Of a DNA stretch of 64,000 bases, positions 48,407-56,769 are shown piece after piece. The DNA is taken from the sequence record DRR723986_21710. The stretch is one strand, 5' to 3'. Position 1 is the stretch's first letter. The number at the start of each line of letters is the position of its first letter. Under the pieces are notes generated by a model that was not told where the DNA came from, did no database searches, and saw nothing but the letters and a program-made list of their open reading frames with translations. A program made the position numbers and the translations under genes.

Positions 48407-49873
48407 ATGATCTTCTTATATATTTTGATTGGGATTTATGCCCTGGGAATGCTGTTTATTTTCCTTTACAGCCTTGCTCAAGGGCATTTGCTTTTGAGCT
48501 TTCTTCGCTCAAAAAAATACCTGGGAAAAGTGGCTCATCCGGTTCCGGAAACTTGGCCGAAAGTCACCATTCAACTCCCTGTTTTCAATGAGCTGTATGT
48601 GGTGGATCGCCTGATCTCGGCAGTCGCTAAAATGAATTATTCATCAGATTTGTTAGAAATCCAAGTGTTGGATGATAGTACTGATCAGACTGCTGAGCTT
48701 ATTCAGAGGAAAATTCAGGAGTTTCCAGACATCAATTTCAAATACATTCATCGGACAGATCGGACTGGATTTAAAGCCGGAGCTTTGAAGGAAGGTTTGG
48801 CAAAAGCAAGCGGAGAATTCATTGCGATTTTTGACGCGGATTTTGTTCCTGATCCTGAATTTCTGATCAAAACGATCCCTTATTTCTCTTCAGAAAAAGT
48901 CGGAATGGTGCAGACGCGCTGGACACATTTAAATAAAAATTATTCTCTATTGACCCGCTTGCAGGCCTTTGCTTTGGACGCACATTTTCTAATCGAGCAA
49001 ATCGGTAGAAATAGTCAACATGCCTTTATAAATTTCAATGGTACTGGCGGCATTTGGCGCAAGTCCTGCATTATAGATGCGGGAGACTGGCAAGACGATA
49101 CGCTTACAGAGGATTTGGATTTGAGTTATCGCGCACAGCGCAAAGGATGGGAATTTGTCTACAGACCAGAAATTGAATCCCCAGCCGAGCTTCCACCAAT
49201 TATGTCGGCAGTAAAGTCTCAGCAGTTTCGCTGGACTAAAGGCGGAGCAGAGTGTGCAGGGAAGCACGCAAAAGCAGTTTTGGGGGAAGATTTGCCTTTC
49301 GGGATCAAGATACATGCGATGGCTCATTTGTTCAATAGCAGCCTTTTTATCGCAATCTTTTTGGTGAGTTTAAGTAGTATTGGTGTGTGGTGGGCTGGAA
49401 TGCAGGGAATGATTTCCGCCAATCTATTTAGACTTGCTGGTATATTCATGATAGGTTTTGTAATCATTGCTGGAGTCTATTTGGTTGCGTATTTCTACGA
49501 AAAGAGAAGTTTCTTAAGAAGTCTCATTCAAGCGATCTATATGTTGCCTCTATTCCTTTCAGTTTCTATGGGCTTGGCTTTGCATAATGCACAGGCAGTT
49601 TGGGAAGGCCTTTCAGGTAAAAAATCACCTTTTATCCGTACTCCGAAATTCAATCTCGAAAGCGGATCTGGCTTAGAAAGCAATCACTACCTCAAGTTCA
49701 AAATTCCTGCAACTACCTGGATGGAAGGAATTTTGATGCTAGTTTTTTCAGGCATGGTTGGCCTTCATATTTATTGGGGCACGTACGAGTTGTTGCCTTT
49801 TCACCTCATGCTCGCGGTAGGGTATGGCCTAGTTTTCTTTTCCTCATTCAAAGCCTACAGTTTAGGTAAATAA
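48407..49873 (+). CDS. Processive-type GT2, cellulose-synthase-like (CslA-like)
   Basis: LDDS, GFKAGAL, IFDADF, FNGTGGIWR, TEDLD, QQFRW; N- and C-terminal TM helices. Confidence 0.9.
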   Translation: MIFLYILIGIYALGMLFIFLYSLAQGHLLLSFLRSKKYLGKVAHPVPETWPKVTIQLPVFNELYVVDRLISAVAKMNYSSDLLEIQVLDDSTDQTAELIQRKIQEFPDINFKYIHRTDRTGFKAGALKEGLAKASGEFIAIFDADFVPDPEFLIKTIPYFSSEKVGMVQTRWTHLNKNYSLLTRLQAFALDAHFLIEQIGRNSQHAFINFNGTGGIWRKSCIIDAGDWQDDTLTEDLDLSYRAQRKGWEFVYRPEIESPAELPPIMSAVKSQQFRWTKGGAECAGKHAKAVLGEDLPFGIKIHAMAHLFNSSLFIAIFLVSLSSIGVWWAGMQGMISANLFRLAGIFMIGFVIIAGVYLVAYFYEKRSFLRSLIQAIYMLPLFLSVSMGLALHNAQAVWEGLSGKKSPFIRTPKFNLESGSGLESNHYLKFKIPATTWMEGILMLVFSGMVGLHIYWGTYELLPFHLMLAVGYGLVFFSSFKAYSLGK

Positions 49874-49879
49874 TAGCTG

Positions 49880-50572
49880 ATGCATAATCCTCCAATTATT
49901 GATGTAATTATCCCCGCTTACAACGAGGAAAAATCCATTCCGAAGGTGATCGGAGACGTTCCGGCTATTGTGAGGAATATCGTTGTTGCGAATAATAACT
50001 CTACAGATTCTACTGGAAAAGTAGCGGAAGTTGCTGGTGCAAAGGTGGTTTTCGAGCCTCAGAAAGGCTATGGAAAAGCTTGTTTGACAGCAATGGATTG
50101 GATCAAAAAACAGGATATTCAACCAGATATTATCGTCTTTTTAGACGGAGATTATAGCGATTATCCTGAAGAGTTATTGGATTTGATTCAGCCGATTTTG
50201 GATGACAAAGCTGAGATGGTCATAGGATCAAGGGCAATGGGAGAGCGGGAATCTGGCTCAATGACTTTTCCGCAGGTATTTGGAAATTGGCTGGCAACTA
50301 CGATGATGAAATACATGCAAGGCGCCAAATTCTCTGATTTGGGACCATTTCGGGCGATTGTTTGGTCAAAGTTAATGGACTTAAATATGATTGATCAGAA
50401 CTTCGGTTGGACTATAGAGATGCAGATCAAAGCGCATAAAGCTGGACTTCGCTACACAGAAGTGCCAGTGAATTACCGTAAGCGGATAGGTGTATCGAAA
50501 GTGAGTGGAACGGTGAAAGGTGTGATTGGAGCTGGGTATAAGATTATTTATACGATTTTTAAGTATTGGTAA
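49880..50572 (+). CDS. GT2, polyprenyl-phosphate sugar synthase-like (DPM1-like)
   Basis: IIPAYNEE, GYGKAC, FLDGDYSD, IGSR, GWTIEMQ, EVPVNY..RIG.SK. Confidence 0.88.
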   Translation: MHNPPIIDVIIPAYNEEKSIPKVIGDVPAIVRNIVVANNNSTDSTGKVAEVAGAKVVFEPQKGYGKACLTAMDWIKKQDIQPDIIVFLDGDYSDYPEELLDLIQPILDDKAEMVIGSRAMGERESGSMTFPQVFGNWLATTMMKYMQGAKFSDLGPFRAIVWSKLMDLNMIDQNFGWTIEMQIKAHKAGLRYTEVPVNYRKRIGVSKVSGTVKGVIGAGYKIIYTIFKYW

Positions 50573-50578
50573 AGCTTT

Positions 50579-50612
50579 AGAAACAAGTATCAAGACATAA
50601 GTATCAAGACTT
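50579..50612. repeat. Heptamer-period tandem repeat (AGTATCA/AGACATA)
   Basis: AGAAACA AGTATCA AGACATA AGTATCA AGACTT, just after the GT2 stop. Confidence 0.7.
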
Positions 50613-50647
50613 GGTTATTAAGGCTTCAATTTGATTTTAGTAATTTT

Positions 50648-51532
50648 ATGAATATGAAAAATTTATTCAACCTCGGTCTAATTCTGTTCATATTCTCTTC
50701 CTGCAATTCCACCGGCAGAAAAGCCATTGATGAGGAGCAATTTGCTTCGCATTGGTATCAGAATAAAGCTGAGATCAATGTGTTTGCGCTTAAGCAAATG
50801 CGATACGGTGAAGAGCGGGATGGCAATGCGGTAATGATCTTTGTGACGGAGGACTTTTCCAAACGCAAGCAGGTGAAGGTGGATGATCCTTCTGCTGCAG
50901 GAAAGGGAGCTATAAAGGTGATGAAGCTGAATATGACCCGGGATTTTGTGACTGGAGTATATCCTTACCATACCATGTTGTCCGTTTTTACGCCAGTTTA
51001 TGATGATCTGAATTCCCCGAAAATCACAGCTTCAATGACTGAATGGTGTGGACAGTCATTTGCGCAGCTCAACTGGAAAAACAATAAGTACCAAGCCAAT
51101 CTGTTCTCCTATTTCGAGTCCGAAGGGGATCAAGAGTTATCCATCAGTGCGATGGCTGAAGATGAGATTTTCAACTTGATCCGATTAAATCCTGACCTCG
51201 TTCCTACAGGTCACAAGAAATTAATTCCTAGTTTGATTTTTAACCGCTTCTCCCACCTTCCTCTTGATGCTGAAAGCGCCGTGATCTCTAAGAGAAAGAT
51301 TGGCTCCAATCAGGCTGAGATTGAAGTGATCTATGAAGAAATTGGAAGAAAATTGCTGATTAAATACGTCGATGCCTTTCCATACGAAATCATGTCTTGG
51401 CAAGAAACCCAAACCAAATCAGACGGCACAGAAGAAGTGACTACAGCGGTGCGAAAAAGTGTGCAAATGATGGACTACTGGCGTAAAAATGGTCTTCAGG
51501 ATGAGTCGCTTCGCAAAAGCTTAGGGCTTTGA
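50648..51532 (+). CDS. Conserved hypothetical lipoprotein
   Basis: Lipobox FSSC; YW..KAE, RYGE, IFVTEDF, KLN...F.TGVYPY, EWCGQ, SYFESEGD. Confidence 0.7.
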   Translation: MNMKNLFNLGLILFIFSSCNSTGRKAIDEEQFASHWYQNKAEINVFALKQMRYGEERDGNAVMIFVTEDFSKRKQVKVDDPSAAGKGAIKVMKLNMTRDFVTGVYPYHTMLSVFTPVYDDLNSPKITASMTEWCGQSFAQLNWKNNKYQANLFSYFESEGDQELSISAMAEDEIFNLIRLNPDLVPTGHKKLIPSLIFNRFSHLPLDAESAVISKRKIGSNQAEIEVIYEEIGRKLLIKYVDAFPYEIMSWQETQTKSDGTEEVTTAVRKSVQMMDYWRKNGLQDESLRKSLGL

Positions 51533-52863
51533 CCAAATCGCCTAAGCGGCTTTTGATTCCTCTGATCTGCCTGTTGTTGGCAGTAGGATTCTTCTACTTG
51601 GCCTATTATATTCCAAGAGAAAATTTCTGGTTGACATTCTCGACTTACAGCTTCCTTTTCGGAGGAATGCTTGTTCTTTATTTTTTGAGCACACAGTTGA
51701 AGTGGCAATGGGTTTTTGTAGGGGGATTACTCATCCGCCTTTCTTTACTACTTGCTATTCCCAAGTGGTCGGATGATTATCCAAGATTTCTATGGGATGG
51801 GGAGATGGTGAAGATGAGTGAAAATCCCTATCTGGAAACTCCTAAAGATTGGCTTCAAAATAATCCAGATAGCTCAAATCTGTATTTGGAGAATCTATTT
51901 GAGCTGATGAATTCGCCGGAGTATTTCTCTGTTTATCCGCCTTTGAATCAAGCGATATTCTATGTCGCTGCTTGGGGTGCAAATCTTGACACAAAGGGCG
52001 GGATTCTGCTATTGCGAGCTTTACTGATTCTAGGAGAAATAGGTGTTTTCTTTCTTTTGCTAAAGCTGTTTGATCATTTTCAGCGTTCCTCAAATAAGCT
52101 TATTCTGTATTGGTTGAATCCACTGGTCATCATGGAAATTACCGGGAATCTTCATTTTGAAGGTTTGGTACTACTACTTTTACTGGCGTCTGTTTATGTG
52201 CTGAGTAAAAATATAATTGCACTTACTGGAGGATTTTGGGGCCTTTCGATTGGAATGAAGTTGCTGCCTTTGATGCTGGTTCCTTCATTCTTCTCTTTTG
52301 AAAAAACCAGAAAATCTAATGCTTTTTGGATAGGATCTACCATTGCTATCATTGCGAGTTTTGGTTGGCTTTTAATTGATAATTCCTGGGTTCATTTTCT
52401 CCAAAGCTTGAAGCTTTACCAAGGTAAATTTGAATTCAATGCCTCGATCTACTACCTGCTTCGGGAAGTTGGCTATTGGGTGAAAGGGTATAATGTCATC
52501 GGGGAACTGACACCGATTCTAAGTGGGGTTACCTTAGTTGGAATTCTATACTTTTCCTGGAAGAAGAGACCTCAAAACCTTTTTCAGCTTATAGACCTTT
52601 GGGTGTTGATCTATTTGTTTTATCTGGTTTTGCAACCCGTTGTTCATCCTTGGTATCTGATTCCAGCTTTTGGCTTGAGTTTGTTTACTGATAAAAAAGC
52701 CTTCCTAATTTGGACTTTCGCAGTGATATTTTCGTACCAAGCCTATAGCGATCCAAACTACCTAGAAAACCCAATTTTCCTTTTCTTAGAATACTCATTG
52801 CTAGCTCTAGCTATATACTGGGACTATTTTAGATCATCTACCAAATCTCTATTAGCCAAATGA
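51529..52863 (+). CDS. GT-C superfamily membrane glycosyltransferase (GT87/MptA-B-like)
   Basis: About 10-11 TM; SDDYPRFLWDG loop, YPP, WLNPL..E..GNLHFE, K..P, VHPWY. Confidence 0.8.
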   Translation: MTKSPKRLLIPLICLLLAVGFFYLAYYIPRENFWLTFSTYSFLFGGMLVLYFLSTQLKWQWVFVGGLLIRLSLLLAIPKWSDDYPRFLWDGEMVKMSENPYLETPKDWLQNNPDSSNLYLENLFELMNSPEYFSVYPPLNQAIFYVAAWGANLDTKGGILLLRALLILGEIGVFFLLLKLFDHFQRSSNKLILYWLNPLVIMEITGNLHFEGLVLLLLLASVYVLSKNIIALTGGFWGLSIGMKLLPLMLVPSFFSFEKTRKSNAFWIGSTIAIIASFGWLLIDNSWVHFLQSLKLYQGKFEFNASIYYLLREVGYWVKGYNVIGELTPILSGVTLVGILYFSWKKRPQNLFQLIDLWVLIYLFYLVLQPVVHPWYLIPAFGLSLFTDKKAFLIWTFAVIFSYQAYSDPNYLENPIFLFLEYSLLALAIYWDYFRSSTKSLLAK

Positions 52864-53588
52864 ACTTTAAATCTCTATTCTCTTTTCTCTTACCTCTCTT
52901 CATTTTTTCTTGCACGCCCAGCCCAGAAAAGCAGGCGCAGAAACTCCTTGAAAAGTCAATCGAAGCCCATCAACTTTCAAAGAATTGGGAGAATATTTCA
53001 AGCATTAAGTTTAAAAAAATGACTCGCTTGCTGGATGAATCTGGAATTGTTGAAAGCGAATCTGAGCAGTGGGTAGAATTTCGTCTGAAACCCTATTTCG
53101 AAGCAAAGTTGACCTGGACAAAGGACAGTATTCTTCATATCGTTAATTTCAACGGAAGTAGAACGAGCTATCAAATGGGTGAAAATACCATTGAGAATGA
53201 GGGGTTTCTGAAAGCGAAAAGAGCTGAAATAGATGCGGCTTACTTTGCTTTTGCGCAGCCATGGACGCTCCTAGATGAGAATTCTAACCTCAGCTATGAA
53301 GGCCGGAAGACGTTGAAAGGCGGCAATTCCGTAGAGTCAATTCGCATATCTCTTATGTCAGGATTAGATGAAAACTGGATTTACATAGATCCAATCTCTG
53401 AAAAAGTTGTTGCGTTAGAACAGCATAGTAACGGTAAAAAGAGGCTAATAGAAATTGTTACCTATGATGAGGCAACAGGCTTGCTATTGGCAAAGCAACA
53501 AAAAAACTATACGATTGATGAAGACGGAAAAACTCAGTTAGTACAAGCGGAGTATTTATTTTCAGACTATCAGTTAACTTTTGAATAA
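52860..53588 (+). CDS. DUF6503-like lipoprotein (LolA-like beta fold), paralog 1
   Basis: Lipobox IFSC; LLEKSIEAH, YFAFAQPWTL. Confidence 0.6.
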   Translation: MNFKSLFSFLLPLFIFSCTPSPEKQAQKLLEKSIEAHQLSKNWENISSIKFKKMTRLLDESGIVESESEQWVEFRLKPYFEAKLTWTKDSILHIVNFNGSRTSYQMGENTIENEGFLKAKRAEIDAAYFAFAQPWTLLDENSNLSYEGRKTLKGGNSVESIRISLMSGLDENWIYIDPISEKVVALEQHSNGKKRLIEIVTYDEATGLLLAKQQKNYTIDEDGKTQLVQAEYLFSDYQLTFE

Positions 53589-53619
53589 TTAAGTCGTGGC
53601 TTATACAAACTTTAGAAAT

Positions 53620-54369
53620 ATGAAATTGCAATACCTCTTTTTATTCCTGTGTGGTTTGACTCTTTTCTCCGCATGTGACTCCAGAACCGAAGCTGAGAAA
53701 ATCGTCGACAAGGCGATTGAAGCGCATGGGGGAGAGTCTTATAGGAATTCAAAAGTGGAATTTGACTTTCGGGACATTCATTACATTATCCTGAAAACCC
53801 CGGATCGATTTGAATACATCAGAGAATTTGCTGATTCTACGGGAAATGTAGTCGATCTCCTGAATAACGATGGTTTTGTTAGAACTGTGAATGGTATCAA
53901 AATAGATACGCTTTCTGAGGAATGGATTGGTAAATATTCCCGCTCCGTTAACTCGGTAGCTTATTTCGCTTTTCTCCCATATGGGCTCAACGATCCTTCG
54001 GTATTCAAGGAATCTTTAGGAGAAACAGCGCTCAACGGTGAGAAATATAACTTGATCAAAGTGACTTTTGCTGAGGAAGGTGGGGGAGAGGACTTTGATG
54101 ATGAGTTTTTGTATTGGATAGGTACAGAGGACTCTCTTATAGATTATATGGCCTACAGCTATCACACAGATGGTGGAGGAGTAAGAATGCGTGAGGTGAG
54201 CGCTGTCCAGGAAGTTGGTGGAATTCGCTTTCAAAACTACCTGAATCTCAAGCCTGCTGATGAATCGGTATCTGTAGAAAAGATGCAGGAGCTTTATGAA
54301 GCTGGAAAATTAGAGCTACTTTCAGAGATAAACCTGGAAAATATCAACGTGCATTCCTTGGATAAATAA
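53620..54369 (+). CDS. DUF6503-like lipoprotein, paralog 2
   Basis: Lipobox FSAC from ATG 53620; IVDKAIEAHGG, FDFR, SVNSVAYFAFLPYGLND, GGGEDFDD. Confidence 0.75.
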   Translation: MKLQYLFLFLCGLTLFSACDSRTEAEKIVDKAIEAHGGESYRNSKVEFDFRDIHYIILKTPDRFEYIREFADSTGNVVDLLNNDGFVRTVNGIKIDTLSEEWIGKYSRSVNSVAYFAFLPYGLNDPSVFKESLGETALNGEKYNLIKVTFAEEGGGEDFDDEFLYWIGTEDSLIDYMAYSYHTDGGGVRMREVSAVQEVGGIRFQNYLNLKPADESVSVEKMQELYEAGKLELLSEINLENINVHSLDK

Positions 54370-54376
54370 TCTGAAA

Positions 54377-55594
54377 ATGAACCCAAAACGACTGAAATTT
54401 AAAAACAGAAATGGTTTTGAGCTTGCGGCACATTTATATCTGCCAGCGGATCAGAAACCTCATTTTTTTGCACTTTTTGCACATTGCTTCACCTGTTCGA
54501 AGAATTTCTCAGCTGTGACGCGTGTTTGTGCGGCACTTTCCCAAAATGGGATAGCGACCCTAAGCTTCGATTTCACAGGATTGGGTATGAGTCAGGGAGA
54601 ATTTGAAGAATCAAGTTTCAGCGGAAATGTGAGTGATCTGATTGATGCAACCAATTTTTTGGCTGAGGAATACAAATCTCCGAAGATGTTGATTGGTCAT
54701 TCACTTGGTGGGGCTGCAGTATTGTATGCGGCTGCTGAGATGCCAGAAGTCAAAGCTGTGGTCACCATCGGCGCGCCGGCATATCCTGGGCATGTTCAAA
54801 ATCTTTTTTCCGAGAGTGTTGCTGAAATCGAGAAAAACGGAAAGGCAAAAGTGAATATAGGTGGTAGGCCGTTTACGATATCGAAGAGTTTTTTGGATGA
54901 TTTGGAACAAAAGCCTTTAGATACCTTTCTGAAAAAGCTTCGGAAATCCCTGTTGGTGATGCACTCTCCGCAGGATGAAATAGTAGAGGTATCCAATGCC
55001 GCTGAAATCTATAATGCGGCTTTACACCCGAAGAGTTTTATTTCTTTGGATGGCGCTGACCATTTGATTTCCAATCCAAAGGATTCCGAATATATCGCCG
55101 AGGTGATTGGAAGCTGGAGTCAGCGATATGTGATAGTTGAAGAAGAAAAAGAACCGAATGATACGCGAGGAAATCAGGTTTTCGTACGTCTTTCCGGTGA
55201 GAAATATACGACTGAGGTGATGACGCCAAACCATCATTTGATTGCTGATGAGCCAACAGATGTAGGTGGGGCAGATTTGGGGCCAAATCCATATGACCTG
55301 CTCATGGCATCGTTGGGAAGTTGTACCGCTATGACATTGAAAATGTATGCTGAGCGAAAAAAGTGGCCTTTGGAACAAGTTTCTGTTTTTCTCAACCATG
55401 AGAAAGTACACTTGGCGGATAGTGAAAATCCTGAGGAATCTTCCGCTAAAGTCAGTCAGTTTACCCGAATAATAGAAATCGAAGGAGAATTGGATTCAGT
55501 GCAAAGGCAGCGACTTTTGGAGATTTCCAACAAATGTCCTGTTCATAAAACCCTGCAGGAAGAAATCGTAATCCAAACCATGCTGGCAAAATGA
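54377..55594 (+). CDS. Bifunctional alpha/beta hydrolase + OsmC-family protein
   Basis: FAHCFTC, GHSLGG, HSPQD, DGADH; ADEP...GPNPYDLL..LGSCT...CPVH. Confidence 0.93.
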   Translation: MNPKRLKFKNRNGFELAAHLYLPADQKPHFFALFAHCFTCSKNFSAVTRVCAALSQNGIATLSFDFTGLGMSQGEFEESSFSGNVSDLIDATNFLAEEYKSPKMLIGHSLGGAAVLYAAAEMPEVKAVVTIGAPAYPGHVQNLFSESVAEIEKNGKAKVNIGGRPFTISKSFLDDLEQKPLDTFLKKLRKSLLVMHSPQDEIVEVSNAAEIYNAALHPKSFISLDGADHLISNPKDSEYIAEVIGSWSQRYVIVEEEKEPNDTRGNQVFVRLSGEKYTTEVMTPNHHLIADEPTDVGGADLGPNPYDLLMASLGSCTAMTLKMYAERKKWPLEQVSVFLNHEKVHLADSENPEESSAKVSQFTRIIEIEGELDSVQRQRLLEISNKCPVHKTLQEEIVIQTMLAK

Positions 55595-56631
55595 ACCTTT
55601 CGACCCAAAGAACATATCTTTTTAGTTCAGTAGGAGTCGTTCTGCTGTTAGGGTTGAGTTGGTGGTTTTTACCTGAAAATACTAGTGTAATAGCGCTTGA
55701 AAAATGGAAAGGGGTATGCTGGGTAGGAAGTAGGTCGCCACTCCAAGGCCCAGAATTAGAAGCATTGAAGACGACTGGTGCAGATGCGCTTTCGCAAACT
55801 CCATTCGGATGGCAAACTGAAAAGAATAAGCCTGAAATCCGCTGGGATACACACAATGAGAATAAATGGTGGGGTGAATCATCTCAAGGAATCAAAGCGA
55901 CTTTTGATTCTTCAGCTCGTCATGGTATTATGAATATGCTCAAGCCCCATCTTTGGGTAAGGGGAAGCTGGCCTGGAGAAATAGCCATGCAAAATGAGGC
56001 GGATTGGGAGGAATGGTTTGCAAACTACACAGGTTTCATTCTTGATTATGCGGTGATGGCAGAGGAACACCAAATCCCTATGCTGTGCGTTGGGACAGAA
56101 TTAGAAATGACTTCGGAGCGGGAAGCAGACTGGAGAAAAGTGATTGCTGAAATTCGCAAAGTCTATTCTGGTAAGCTTATTTATGCTGCCAATTTCACTG
56201 AATTTGAGCAGGTCAAATTTTGGGATGCGCTGGATTACATAGGGATTCAGGCCTATTTTCCACTTTCCACCAAAGCAGATCCTGATTTATCAGACCTAAA
56301 ATCAGGTTGGAAAAAGAGTATTGGAAGGATTGATAAAGTGGTTCGGAAATACCAAAAAACTGTTATGTTCACGGAGATTGGCTATTGCAATACTGTGGAT
56401 GCAGCAAAAGAGCCTTGGGTTTGGCCAAATGAACGCAGGGAAACCGAACTCTCAGAGGAAATGCAGGCGCTTTGCTATGAAGCATTTTTTGAAACCGCAT
56501 GGAAAGAATCCTGGATGGCTGGGGTGTTTTTTTGGAAGTGGTATCCTGAAGGGAAACATCGCGAGCCTGACTTTAGTCCTCAGGGCAAAATGGCTGAGCA
56601 GGTAATGCAAAAGTATTTTTTAGAGAATTGA
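55591..56631 (+). CDS. Glycoside hydrolase family 113 (beta-mannanase-like), membrane-anchored
   Basis: MLKPHLW, CVGTELE, YAAN, DYIGIQAYFPL, FTEIGY, GVFFWKW. Confidence 0.85.
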   Translation: MNLSTQRTYLFSSVGVVLLLGLSWWFLPENTSVIALEKWKGVCWVGSRSPLQGPELEALKTTGADALSQTPFGWQTEKNKPEIRWDTHNENKWWGESSQGIKATFDSSARHGIMNMLKPHLWVRGSWPGEIAMQNEADWEEWFANYTGFILDYAVMAEEHQIPMLCVGTELEMTSEREADWRKVIAEIRKVYSGKLIYAANFTEFEQVKFWDALDYIGIQAYFPLSTKADPDLSDLKSGWKKSIGRIDKVVRKYQKTVMFTEIGYCNTVDAAKEPWVWPNERRETELSEEMQALCYEAFFETAWKESWMAGVFFWKWYPEGKHREPDFSPQGKMAEQVMQKYFLEN

Positions 56632-56769
56632 AGTCTAATGGATGTAATCCATAAAATAAGCCTGCCAAAAGCAAAATTTTATCTATATTAAACTCAGCAT
56701 TAAAGAATAAATGTTGGTTTAGTTGAGAGGAGAGCTCTTTAAGGTGATACGGTACTAATTATTTAACTT

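Noticed and set aside
50648-51532. Possible Maf/septum-formation label sometimes given to similar proteins
   Set aside because: No Maf motifs visible and it has a lipoprotein signal; left as hypothetical
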